26,662 bases of DNA. Source: a virus (taxonomy: Duplodnaviria; Caudoviricetes). A model generated the notes under the pieces. The model had not been told where the DNA came from and did not search any database. It saw only the letters and a program-made list of their open reading frames with translations. The position numbers and the translations under genes are program-made. Shown piece by piece: positions 15,608 to 24,799 of this stretch; within the stretch, counting starts at the first letter, position 1; every line of letters starts with the position of its first letter. Location: IMG/VR virus record IMGVR_UViG_3300032304_001067, positions 1 to 26,662 of that record, one strand, 5' to 3'.

Positions 15608-18600
15608 TTATGCCTGAGCCTCAACCCATGAGATACGAGCGGCAATTGACGATGCTGCTGTACCGATATTGGTAGCCGTAAGGACAATAACGTCTGGTCC
15701 GTTTGGATAGCAAGGGCTGGAGACGTTTCCGTCACCGCTGATGATGGAGTTACCAAGGTCTCGGGTAGAGCTAAGGTCAAAGTTTGAGACGTTGAAGTTG
15801 GCAGCACCACCACCATTTTCTGAGTAGAAGGACGCAACAGAGTCACCACCTGTGATACGTCCAGAGGCTGTCTGGACGTTACCAGCTCCAGGACCAGAGT
15901 TATCAAAGTAGATAATCTGAGCTAGGGAGCCAGAACCCACTTGGTCACGGCCCCAGTCATCTGGGATACCAGTAAATCCATTACGTGGGACGAAGACAGG
16001 AGAGCCAGAAACAGCGCCTGTGTTAGCTACTGATAAGGTAACAATGTTAGCTGAAACAGATGCTACCTGAGCGTTAGGCCCAATACCAGTACCAGTAACT
16101 GTCATACCAGGGACGATACCGTTTGTACCAGCGGCGTCTGTTACGGTAATAACATTTACACCAACGTTACCAGTACAAGCACGGGAAGCCTGTAGGTTTG
16201 CTGGAGTGTAGGTATTATAAACAATCTGGTTAGGGTTAAGAACGGCATCAATACGCATCTGTCCGTTAGTTGTAACTCCGATTGAGTTCATCTGTAGCTG
16301 CATGCGGTTAACGAGTTCTCGAACACCGAAGTTACGAGCAATACCGTTATCAACCGATGGGGCTAGACGAAGAGCAAGAAGGGGGCGAGTAACACCAGGT
16401 GCGATTGATAGGTTCTTTGTCATACCACCAGTAAAGATGAAGTTCTCATCGTTATCAAAGCGGCCATCCATAATAACTGATGAACCCCAGTGGCTGATGA
16501 GTGGTGCACAGTTTTGAGTAATAGACTGAACTGAAACCTGAGCGTCTCCGCCAACACCTGTAATAGATGAGTCTGGAGTAAACACTACTGGAGTTGTAGT
16601 TCCACTAAACGTAAACGGCGTGTCTGGGTAGATGTTTGTAATAGATGCACGACGTTCAGCAATGTTAATTGGATAACCACGCTTTACAGGGTCGTATGCA
16701 CCTACAGAAGAGTAACGCATAATTTCACAGTTTTCGGCGTCACGTACGTATACGTATCCTGAGGCTGGTAAGTTCAAACCGTTCTCAACGTACATAACGG
16801 TATCGTTCTGACCAAGCTGTGTTCCAAGAACGCCTGTTGGACCAGCAACCATCTTTGTAAAGATTGATGGGTCGTTTGTAACTTCGTAACGAGCAGGCAA
16901 GTTACCTGAACGCTGGTATGCGCCATTGTTAACGTTGTTCTGAGAAATGCGGTGGCACCAAACAATCTTTCCATTAACACCGCGCATGCCGTAACGAATA
17001 GTTCCAGCACCGTACCATGTGTAGTCGATGTAAACCATCTGCATACGACCCATGTCTAGCTTATAACCAGATGGACCTTCTCCATCAAACTGGTCAATAT
17101 TCCAGTCTTCCTGTGGTGTGCGGTCGTTCTGTGTAATAAGGTAACGAGTACGAACACCAGTAGCACCGCGATAAGCAGGTGCAACGTTCATAGAGGTTGC
17201 GCTGTTAATAGAGATAACTTTGTAAGAAGAACCCTTGATAACAACGTTCTGTCCGACAGTAAGCTGCTTACGGAACTGTGTGTTAAGTCCTGTAATAAAG
17301 CTTGAGTTCTTTGTTACGTTAACGCGACCAATACCTTCTTTTTCTGAGTGGCGGCGAACAGTAAACATCTTCTGACCGTCGTACTCAAAGTAGAAGCCGT
17401 TCTGGTCGTCAAACATACCGCAACGAGAAACTGCACCAAACCACTTACGGGCGTGTACGAATACGTTAATACCAGCAGGGTTCCAGTCAATTGATGGAAG
17501 CGTCTGTGTAAGAGTAACTGGGTATTCAAAAGTATTAACGTCAATAACTCGGCTTACAGTAAAGTCATTTCCGTTAAATGGGTTGTAACCATATCTAGTT
17601 ACAACACCTTCAATGTCCACAGTAACGCCTGCTTGCATACCGTGGTCCTGTACAGTCTTAACTGTAACAATTGCAGGTCCTACAGAGCCACCATTAATAG
17701 ATAGCGATTCAACATCGTATACAGGAGTTAGCTGAGCACCTGTTGAGAACTGAATTCCCTTACCTGACTGGTAACGGAAGTAGCGACGAGTTTGACGAAC
17801 TGTAGAAGAGCCCATTGAGTTAGTCGCGGTTGAAAGAGAAACACCGCCATCAAATGGACGCTGGATTACGTATCCGTCACCCTTTGTAAAGATAAGTGAA
17901 GTAGTTGGAACAGAGATTGCAGACTGCTGACGTGATAGGGCAAACTCAAGAGTCGTTTGAGTAGCGACCTTAGTTACCTGCCAGTTACCATCAAAGCTGT
18001 TAGTTCCAGTAACAACGATAAGGTTTCCTGGGAAGACGCCGTGTGGCTGGTCAAACTGAACTCGTACAGTAGAGATTGGCGCTGCGCCGTCTACAGTTGC
18101 TCTCCAACGAAGGGCAGTGTTAATACCACCGATTGGGAAGTTACCACCAGGGATGTGGGCGCCATCAAAAATGTCTCCACCGTATACGCTAGTTAGAGTA
18201 CCTGATGCAACATCTCCAGATACAACACCACGTGCTGTGTACTGGAAAGTTGTAGTTGTAGGGACGTTCTGAACTAGGGAAGTACCTTCTGCAAGGTAGT
18301 TAAGGGTTTCCTGAACAGAAACAATCTGACCTGCAGATAGACCGTGAGGAAGGGCGGTTGTTACTGTGATGGTTGAGCGTGGGCGGACACCATCTCCAAT
18401 AAGAGAAACAACATCGAATGAGTTACCACCAGATGATTTAGCAAAGAATGATGGGTACCCATTTGCGGTAAAGATGGCTTCCCACTTAGAAGGCTGTACA
18501 GAGTATTCAAAGTCTGTATCCATCAAAGACTGAGGCTGTGAGGTACGAAGCTTTTGAGCACCATCAATAAAGGTTTCGTCAAAAGTTACCTTCTGGTGCT

Positions 18601-18898
18601 CGTCATCAACAATAATTTGAATAGTGTCGGTTGAGAGCATGCCTGTTGTATCAACAGAAGCATTTAATTGAATAACAGTTTTTGTTTCTGTATTACCCGT
18701 TGGATTAGCGATGTTGTAATCTGGGTAAATGTAACTTACTGTGACAGCCTGAGCTGGGTCAGAGAAGTTAAAGAGAATCTTATTACGTACAGAGTTGACG
18801 ATAAGGAAAAGGTGAATACGCTTAATGTAGCGGTCAATAGTAACTGTCTTAGTAGTTGGATTAAATACGTAGTATTCAGGCGCAATATTGCGTGCCAT
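15608..18898 (-). CDS. Large modular virion structural protein with HG(L/V/M)xxG repeats
   Basis: 1096 aa; core motifs LRTSQPQSLMDTDFEY, RQTRRYFRYQSGKG, GMFDDQNGFYFE, IDYTWYGAG; three inserted PHGLSAGQIV/PHGVFPGNLI/DHGMQAGVTV modules. Confidence 0.7.
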   Translation of the reverse strand: MARNIAPEYYVFNPTTKTVTIDRYIKRIHLFLIVNSVRNKILFNFSDPAQAVTVSYIYPDYNIANPTGNTETKTVIQLNASVDTTGMLSTDTIQIIVDDEHQKVTFDETFIDGAQKLRTSQPQSLMDTDFEYSVQPSKWEAIFTANGYPSFFAKSSGGNSFDVVSLIGDGVRPRSTITVTTALPHGLSAGQIVSVQETLNYLAEGTSLVQNVPTTTTFQYTARGVVSGDVASGTLTSVYGGDIFDGAHIPGGNFPIGGINTALRWRATVDGAAPISTVRVQFDQPHGVFPGNLIVVTGTNSFDGNWQVTKVATQTTLEFALSRQQSAISVPTTSLIFTKGDGYVIQRPFDGGVSLSTATNSMGSSTVRQTRRYFRYQSGKGIQFSTGAQLTPVYDVESLSINGGSVGPAIVTVKTVQDHGMQAGVTVDIEGVVTRYGYNPFNGNDFTVSRVIDVNTFEYPVTLTQTLPSIDWNPAGINVFVHARKWFGAVSRCGMFDDQNGFYFEYDGQKMFTVRRHSEKEGIGRVNVTKNSSFITGLNTQFRKQLTVGQNVVIKGSSYKVISINSATSMNVAPAYRGATGVRTRYLITQNDRTPQEDWNIDQFDGEGPSGYKLDMGRMQMVYIDYTWYGAGTIRYGMRGVNGKIVWCHRISQNNVNNGAYQRSGNLPARYEVTNDPSIFTKMVAGPTGVLGTQLGQNDTVMYVENGLNLPASGYVYVRDAENCEIMRYSSVGAYDPVKRGYPINIAERRASITNIYPDTPFTFSGTTTPVVFTPDSSITGVGGDAQVSVQSITQNCAPLISHWGSSVIMDGRFDNDENFIFTGGMTKNLSIAPGVTRPLLALRLAPSVDNGIARNFGVRELVNRMQLQMNSIGVTTNGQMRIDAVLNPNQIVYNTYTPANLQASRACTGNVGVNVITVTDAAGTNGIVPGMTVTGTGIGPNAQVASVSANIVTLSVANTGAVSGSPVFVPRNGFTGIPDDWGRDQVGSGSLAQIIYFDNSGPGAGNVQTASGRITGGDSVASFYSENGGGAANFNVSNFDLSSTRDLGNSIISGDGNVSSPCYPNGPDVIVLTATNIGTAASSIAARISWVEAQA

Positions 18899-18910
18899 TC
18901 ATTTACCTTC

Positions 18911-19324
18911 CTATATCAACGTAATCGGTGGTATCACGGTTTGTACCACTGTCGTAAAGTTAGTGACTGCTCCTACTGGAAAATAAATTCCAGTTTGTAG
19001 CAGTGCGTCGTTAAGAAGTAGTTGTCCTACTCCACCATCTCCAGCAGGTCCCTGGATACCAGTTGGTCCACGTTCACCTGTTGGTCCTGCGATTCCGTTG
19101 ACACCAGCTGGACCAGTAGCGCCATTAGCACCTGCAACTCCTGCAGGTCCAGTTGGTCCCGCAATACCTGAGGCATATACTAGCGCATTCCAGTTTTGTG
19201 TACCATTTCCGACCTTAAACTTTCCAGTGTCAAGTTCAAGACCTAGTTCACCTTCTGAAAGAAGAGGGTTAGTGGTTGACCACTGTAACGCCGTACCACG
19301 ACGTAATTGTAATTTAATTGCCAT
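18911..19324 (-). CDS. Mtd_N-like domain plus short collagen repeat protein
   Basis: [10 protein letters not shown]...[22 protein letters not shown]...WNAL.Y matches the major tropism determinant N-terminal-type domain; followed by Gly-X-Y run. Confidence 0.82.
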   Translation of the reverse strand: MAIKLQLRRGTALQWSTTNPLLSEGELGLELDTGKFKVGNGTQNWNALVYASGIAGPTGPAGVAGANGATGPAGVNGIAGPTGERGPTGIQGPAGDGGVGQLLLNDALLQTGIYFPVGAVTNFTTVVQTVIPPITLI

Positions 19325-22122
19325 TAGTTACCGCTCACGTCTCCTCCGTTGATAGTTATAACTCCGCCATAATTAGTATCGGGGCCGCCACCATCTACGT
19401 TCAATAGTGTAGTGCCTGTAGGGCCTGTTGGACCTAGTAAACCTTGGTTTCCTGTTGGACCAGTTGGACCCGTGTTACCTATAGGTCCTTGAATACCTGT
19501 GGCTCCTGTTGGGCCCGTGGCTCCTGTAGGACCAGTGTTACCAATAGCAGCTGCAACAACAACTAGCCAGTTTGCTGGGTCATCTACAGGTGTTATTCCT
19601 GCAGTAGATGCGTTGTTTCTACGAACGTAAGTACCTTTAAGTGTTGGCGTATCGTAGAAGACTGCTTGATTAGGTTGGTAACTAATACCTGATTGCCAAG
19701 TTCCAACAATTGTAAATGGCTGAGGACCCGTAGCACCAGTTGCTCCAGTAGGACCAGTTACAGAAAGACCTTGAATACCTGTTGGTCCTGTAGGACCTGC
19801 AACACCAGTTGCTCCAGTTGGTCCCTGTACTTGACCAGCATTAATCCACTGGTCGCCATCCCAAATAAATAGGTTTCCAGCTACTAAGTATGGGTTACCA
19901 GTTACTGGTGATGGAACAGCTGCAGTAAGTTCTTGGAATGTAGTAAACGCGTTAAGGATGTTTAATCCACGTCCTTGTGGACCTGTTGGGCCTGTAACAC
20001 CTGTAGGACCTAGTGGTCCCTGAACACCTGTAGGACCTGTTGGTCCAGGTGTTGTTGATACTGGACCAGTGCTACCTGTTGGACCAATAGGACCAACAAC
20101 ACCTTGAATACCTTGTGGGCCTTGTGTACCTTGAGCTCCAGTTGGTCCTACAAGACCTTGTGGACCTTGTGCACCTGTGGCACCCGTTGCACCTTGAATT
20201 GCACCAGCGCTAATCCACTGTGAACCGCCCCATACAAATAGAATACCGTTGATTAAGTAACCGTCACCAGTTGCACCAACAGGTTGAGCAGCTTGAAGTT
20301 CTGCTAATGAGTTGTAAGAACCAAGAACATAGATAGATGCACCAGCAGGTCCAACTGCACCAGTCGCACCCGTTGCACCTGTAGCACCCACAGCACCCGC
20401 TGCACCAGGGGTACCAGCGTTTCCTTGAACACCCTGTGGACCTTGTGCACCTGTGGCACCTTGTGGACCAGGGGCACCAATTTGACCAGTCGCTCCTGTT
20501 GCGCCAGTTAAACCTGTAGGACCTGTAGGACCAACAAGACCTGTTGGACCTGTTGGGCCAGCTACTGTAGAAGCTGCACCAGTCGCGCCTGTAGGACCCG
20601 TTGCACCCTGTGGACCAGCTACAGTAACATTAAAGATTGCATTTAAAGTAGCGTTATCTTGAGATACTACGTATAGAGTAGATGGGCCTGTAAATGGAAC
20701 ATCCCAGAAGATAGTTCCAGACGCAATACCTAGGTTAGTAAATCCATTTGTGTATTGAGTACCAGCGTCATAAGCGCCTGCGGTTGTTTGTACTCTAAAT
20801 CTATTTCCAACTGTATCAACAGTTATACGGTAACGAAGTCCGCGAATAACAGTAATAGTTGGGTTTACTACACCATTAATAACATAATTAGGGGTAGCAT
20901 CGGCAGTAACTGTTAAGTCAATACCGCCTGATATACCCGCAGGACCTGTAGGTCCTGGAATTGTAGAGGCAGCTCCTGTGGCACCTGTAGGTCCTGTGAC
21001 TCCTGTTGGACCTCTAAAGCCAACTTCACCAGCAATAGTAAACTGCCAAGAGCTGAAGATTTCTCCACCAGTACCTTGGAAAATGTTTACATCTAGAGTT
21101 ATTTGAGCGCCGTTTACCGCTGTAACAATTCCATCTAAAAATACGTTGTTGTTTGCTACAGCTCTAACGATAGAGTTAACAATAAATGGGTGATTAGCAA
21201 CGCTAAGAGTAAATGTCTTAAGACCAGTTCCTAAAGTAATTGGGCTTACAGATGTGATACCAGCAAAGCCTTGACCAGCTGGACCCGTAGCACCTGTTGG
21301 ACCAACAGAGCCTGTTGGACCTACGTTACCTTGAAGACCAGAGAAACCACGTTCACCTTGAGCACCCGTTGGTCCTTGTGGTCCTGCAAAACCTGTTGGA
21401 CCAGTAGGTCCAGTTGGGCCAGTATCACCTTGAGGACCTTGCGAACCTACGAAACCTTGTGTTCCTCGTGGGCCTGTTGGACCAGTAGGACCTGCGGTTC
21501 CTGAAGGACCTGTTGGACCTTCTAGATTACCCACGTTCTTCCATGCGGAAGTAACAGTATCCCAAATAATTAAGTTACCGTTTGCAAGTAACCATGCTTC
21601 GCCAGCTACACCTGTCGGGCGTGCAGCTTGTAGTGCAACAAGTGTTTCATACTCTCCAAGAAGGTTTAATCCTTGACCAGGGGCACCAGTAGGACCAGTA
21701 GCACCAGCTAAACCAGAAACACCTTGAGCACCAGTAGCACCAGTAGGGCCTGCGTTTCCTTGATTACCTTGAGGTCCTGTAGCACCAGTTCTACCTGTAG
21801 GACCTGTTGCTCCAGTTGCACCTGCAGGAATATTTAAAGTATCAAATACCCAAGCGTTATTGCTGCGACGGTATAGACGTAGCTGTGTGGCGTTTCCAGT
21901 GATGCGGACAAAAGCCCAGTTAGTTGGAACTGGACTTGGGTTAGCAGCTTGAAGGTCAGCTAAGGTGTCATAAATACCAAGGTAACGAGAGTAATCTCCC
22001 TGAGGACCTGTAGGACCAGTCGGACCTGTAGGACCAGTCGGACCATTTAAAGGACCAGTAGGTCCTGTAGGTGTGGGGTACCAATTATTGTTATCTGGCG
22101 GAACTATAATAATGTCTGGCAT
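19324..22122 (-). CDS. Long collagen-like fibre protein with interspersed globular modules
   Basis: 932 aa; multiple GPT/GAT/GPQ tracts separated by four related ~45-aa modules, a cupredoxin-like module and a CBM5/12-like module. Confidence 0.88.
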   Translation of the reverse strand: MPDIIIVPPDNNNWYPTPTGPTGPLNGPTGPTGPTGPTGPQGDYSRYLGIYDTLADLQAANPSPVPTNWAFVRITGNATQLRLYRRSNNAWVFDTLNIPAGATGATGPTGRTGATGPQGNQGNAGPTGATGAQGVSGLAGATGPTGAPGQGLNLLGEYETLVALQAARPTGVAGEAWLLANGNLIIWDTVTSAWKNVGNLEGPTGPSGTAGPTGPTGPRGTQGFVGSQGPQGDTGPTGPTGPTGFAGPQGPTGAQGERGFSGLQGNVGPTGSVGPTGATGPAGQGFAGITSVSPITLGTGLKTFTLSVANHPFIVNSIVRAVANNNVFLDGIVTAVNGAQITLDVNIFQGTGGEIFSSWQFTIAGEVGFRGPTGVTGPTGATGAASTIPGPTGPAGISGGIDLTVTADATPNYVINGVVNPTITVIRGLRYRITVDTVGNRFRVQTTAGAYDAGTQYTNGFTNLGIASGTIFWDVPFTGPSTLYVVSQDNATLNAIFNVTVAGPQGATGPTGATGAASTVAGPTGPTGLVGPTGPTGLTGATGATGQIGAPGPQGATGAQGPQGVQGNAGTPGAAGAVGATGATGATGAVGPAGASIYVLGSYNSLAELQAAQPVGATGDGYLINGILFVWGGSQWISAGAIQGATGATGAQGPQGLVGPTGAQGTQGPQGIQGVVGPIGPTGSTGPVSTTPGPTGPTGVQGPLGPTGVTGPTGPQGRGLNILNAFTTFQELTAAVPSPVTGNPYLVAGNLFIWDGDQWINAGQVQGPTGATGVAGPTGPTGIQGLSVTGPTGATGATGPQPFTIVGTWQSGISYQPNQAVFYDTPTLKGTYVRRNNASTAGITPVDDPANWLVVVAAAIGNTGPTGATGPTGATGIQGPIGNTGPTGPTGNQGLLGPTGPTGTTLLNVDGGGPDTNYGGVITINGGDVSGN

Positions 22123-22123
22123 A

Positions 22124-23185
22124 TCACTCCACCGTTGTCACTTGCTGGGTCACGAATGTCTGTCCTCTTAAGAAGGTTCTTTGGAAAGTGTTATCCACAG
22201 ATGATGTGGCTTGTAGGTCCCAAAAACCTCTGACTGGTAGATAGCGTGTGTCCTGTTGTGGTAGCGAAATTCTGATACGTCCAGTCTGAACGTCCACAAT
22301 TGTAACATTGAAGGCTACCCACCGAGTAGGTGAATTTGGGTAAGTTCTAATCTCTGCAGAAAACCTTAGGTTAGTAACAGGTGCTCCTAGGATAAAGTCC
22401 TGTGAATAACTGTCTCCCTGGTTCATAACAAGGTCTTGAACTTGAATAGTAGATGGGAAAGTTTGTCGACCAATCATGTCGTTCTGTATATACACGCGCT
22501 CTGGCTTACGGCCATCATCAAACTCTTGTGGCATATAGATAGGAACAAGCTTATTAGTACGCTTAGAGGCACGACGAAGGTTACCAACTTGAATACGCCA
22601 TAGACCTATATTTAACTGAGCGCATAGAGAGCGATACTGCTCTTGACGCTGTGCAATCATGCCTGTTAATTGAGCATAGCGTTCGCTTCGTGGGATTACT
22701 ACACCGTCTGGGGCTGTGATGTTAATGTCAAACGCCGCATCTGTAGCTAGAACCCAAAGAGCTTCAATAGTAGCTAGGATAGCAATTGGATACTCTTCTA
22801 CCGCAGGTAGGGTTGCTATAGTAACGCGGCTACCGTATGCGTCGGTTCTTTCATATGTGTGCTGCTCAATAGCTGTGTTAATAAATCGAGTGATATCTGC
22901 GTCTGAGAAATAGCGGAATGCAGTACCGTTTACCTTAAGCTCTTCCCCAGCAGCAATTGGGGTTTGAAATCTAAGAATGCCTGTATCAACCTCTAGATGG
23001 TAACCAGTAGGCGCAGGGATAAATGTTCTAGATACTGTGACCAGCAAAGTAAATGGGTCTACAGGTTTTGCATTTAAATAGTACTCTCTAGTAACTCCGT
23101 CGCCAGTAGCCCGAAATTCAAACTCGCGAGGTTGGTCACCGAGCTCAAGACGAGTTCTAGATGTCAAATCCGACAACAGGGCCAC
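22124..23185 (-). CDS. Head-to-tail adaptor-like protein with inserted beta domain and C-terminal BppU-like domain
   Basis: RLELGD...FSDADITRFI helical adaptor pattern two genes after the capsid gene; C-terminal QGDSY..FSAEIR..GRIRISL..WDLQ..FLRG..V pattern; GTG start with AGGAG SD. Confidence 0.65.
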   Translation of the reverse strand: MALLSDLTSRTRLELGDQPREFEFRATGDGVTREYYLNAKPVDPFTLLVTVSRTFIPAPTGYHLEVDTGILRFQTPIAAGEELKVNGTAFRYFSDADITRFINTAIEQHTYERTDAYGSRVTIATLPAVEEYPIAILATIEALWVLATDAAFDINITAPDGVVIPRSERYAQLTGMIAQRQEQYRSLCAQLNIGLWRIQVGNLRRASKRTNKLVPIYMPQEFDDGRKPERVYIQNDMIGRQTFPSTIQVQDLVMNQGDSYSQDFILGAPVTNLRFSAEIRTYPNSPTRWVAFNVTIVDVQTGRIRISLPQQDTRYLPVRGFWDLQATSSVDNTFQRTFLRGQTFVTQQVTTVE

Positions 23186-23207
23186 TAACTACTCCTAACG
23201 ATAGTAA

Positions 23208-23239
23208 CGAAAAAGCGGGCAAACCTAAGTGTGCCCGCT
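23208..23239 (-). terminator. Rho-independent terminator after head genes
   Basis: Minus strand AGCGGGCA-10 nt loop-TGCCCGCT followed by TTTTCG. Confidence 0.75.
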
Positions 23240-23256
23240 GATTCGCCCATTAAATG

Positions 23257-23622
23257 CTAGATAACTCCAGCGAGGTAACCCTTTTCCTGTAGGTGTTGGG
23301 CTACATGCTTGGACACTTTGTACTTCTGTCCAGCCTTAAAGCTATAGAAGTTTCCTACTCCTAGAGTCATGTTCTCGATGTCTTCTACGACACGGATTAC
23401 AACTGAGTCTTCTTCTTTATTAGCGACTACAGTGATGGAATCCTCAATAACAGTTGCTCTATTTGGAATAGTAGCGTCTACAACTTCATCAAGCTTAATT
23501 TGGGCTTCAGCGGATGCCATAGACATTTCTGCTGCGCGTGCCTGCAGAGCGTCTGAATTATCAGCAATCTGTTGTGCACGAGCGCGGCCAGTAACGTCCT
23601 GGGGTTTTACTTGTCTTGCCAT
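23257..23622 (-). CDS. Capsid-adjacent hypothetical protein
   Basis: 121 aa directly after the capsid gene; SD AGGAG; C-terminal YSFKAGQKYKV...HLQEKGYL. Confidence 0.75.
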   Translation of the reverse strand: MARQVKPQDVTGRARAQQIADNSDALQARAAEMSMASAEAQIKLDEVVDATIPNRATVIEDSITVVANKEEDSVVIRVVEDIENMTLGVGNFYSFKAGQKYKVSKHVAQHLQEKGYLAGVI

Positions 23623-23684
23623 GTATATTCTCCTAATTAGTATCTGTTGAGTGGGCAGTTTTTAGACGTGCCCAGGTCTGTGGA

Positions 23685-24755
23685 TTAGTTGGTTTCTGCA
23701 ATAACAACAGACTGGTCAGTAATAAGACCAAGACCGAAGATTGAGTACCAAGCAAGTGCGTGCTCACGACCGAAGTCAAGAATACCACCGTCACGGAGTT
23801 CAACTGGTAGAGAGATTGCGTGACCGAATGCGTTATCTCCAATGAAGATAGCGTCGTAGCGGTCTGATGCACCATTACCTGTGAACTGTGCTGGAGTGAT
23901 GTAACCTCCACCAGGTGTAACAGTTGGGTTAGCAACTGCTGAATCAGCGGTGTAGTTAGTACCAGCACCACCAGTTACCTTACGTACCTGTGTTGTTTCG
24001 ATGAATACGCAGTCGTACAAACGACCAACTTCACCGAGCATGAAGTTACCAGGAGCAGCGTACTTAGTTACTTCGATAAACTCTGGGTTATCACGAAGCT
24101 GACGGCTCTGGTGTGGGTGGATAAACGCAACGTAAGTTTCGCCCAAACGTGGGATGTTCTTGGTTGCGAGTGTCTCAACAACGTCCTTAACTGTGTGTGG
24201 TGTAAGGTAGTTTCCGCCAGTCATGCTTGCGCGGTTTGTACCCTTAGTACCATATGCATACCAGTTGTTGACTGCTGAAAGGTTAGAGCGGTCTTCACCG
24301 TAGATGGTTGAAGTCGCTGCATAAAGTGTGTCGCGTGATAGCTGGTCTAGGTAGATAGCCATGTTACGACCGAGAAGACGTGAAGCAGATGCCATTACGT
24401 CATCGAATGAAGCGTTAAGCAAGAGCTCTGATACAGCAAGAGCATAACCATGCTCTGTTACTGTGATTGAGAACTGCTGTGCTGTAAGCGCGTTTGTCTG
24501 CATACGAACACCTTCGACAAGTGCGTTAGCAAAGCCGAGGTTGTTGTAGCGGAGGAAGTTAATCTGTAGACCAGGTGCAACACCAAGTTCAGTCTTCTTG
24601 ACTGCGAACTGCTCAAAGCGAAGGATAGGCATTGCCTGGAAAAGGATTTCCTTTGACCAGATTGTCTGAATCGCTTGAGTCAACTGTGTGTTTGTACCTG
24701 AGTACGCTGTTGGGGCTGCGGCTAGATTGCCAGTACCCGTAATACCAGATGCCAT
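23685..24755 (-). CDS. Major capsid protein (N4 gp56-like, HK97 fold)
   Basis: 356 aa after scaffold; WSKEILFQA, ITVTEHGYA, YVAFIHPHQSRQL, GEVGRLYDCVFIET, DFGREHALAWY motifs; strong SD AAGGAG. Confidence 0.93.
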   Translation of the reverse strand: MASGITGTGNLAAAPTAYSGTNTQLTQAIQTIWSKEILFQAMPILRFEQFAVKKTELGVAPGLQINFLRYNNLGFANALVEGVRMQTNALTAQQFSITVTEHGYALAVSELLLNASFDDVMASASRLLGRNMAIYLDQLSRDTLYAATSTIYGEDRSNLSAVNNWYAYGTKGTNRASMTGGNYLTPHTVKDVVETLATKNIPRLGETYVAFIHPHQSRQLRDNPEFIEVTKYAAPGNFMLGEVGRLYDCVFIETTQVRKVTGGAGTNYTADSAVANPTVTPGGGYITPAQFTGNGASDRYDAIFIGDNAFGHAISLPVELRDGGILDFGREHALAWYSIFGLGLITDQSVVIAETN

Positions 24756-24799
24756 TTTAGTTGTTTACTCCTTGTAGGTTGGATTTGGGATTGTGGGAT

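Noticed and set aside
18911-19324. Diversity-generating retroelement suggested by the Mtd_N domain
   Set aside because: No reverse transcriptase, C-type lectin variable region or TR/VR repeat pair is visible in the window.
19400-22070. 9/18-nt periodic repeats as CRISPR or satellite DNA
   Set aside because: They are Gly-X-Y codons with varied wobble positions and no spacers.
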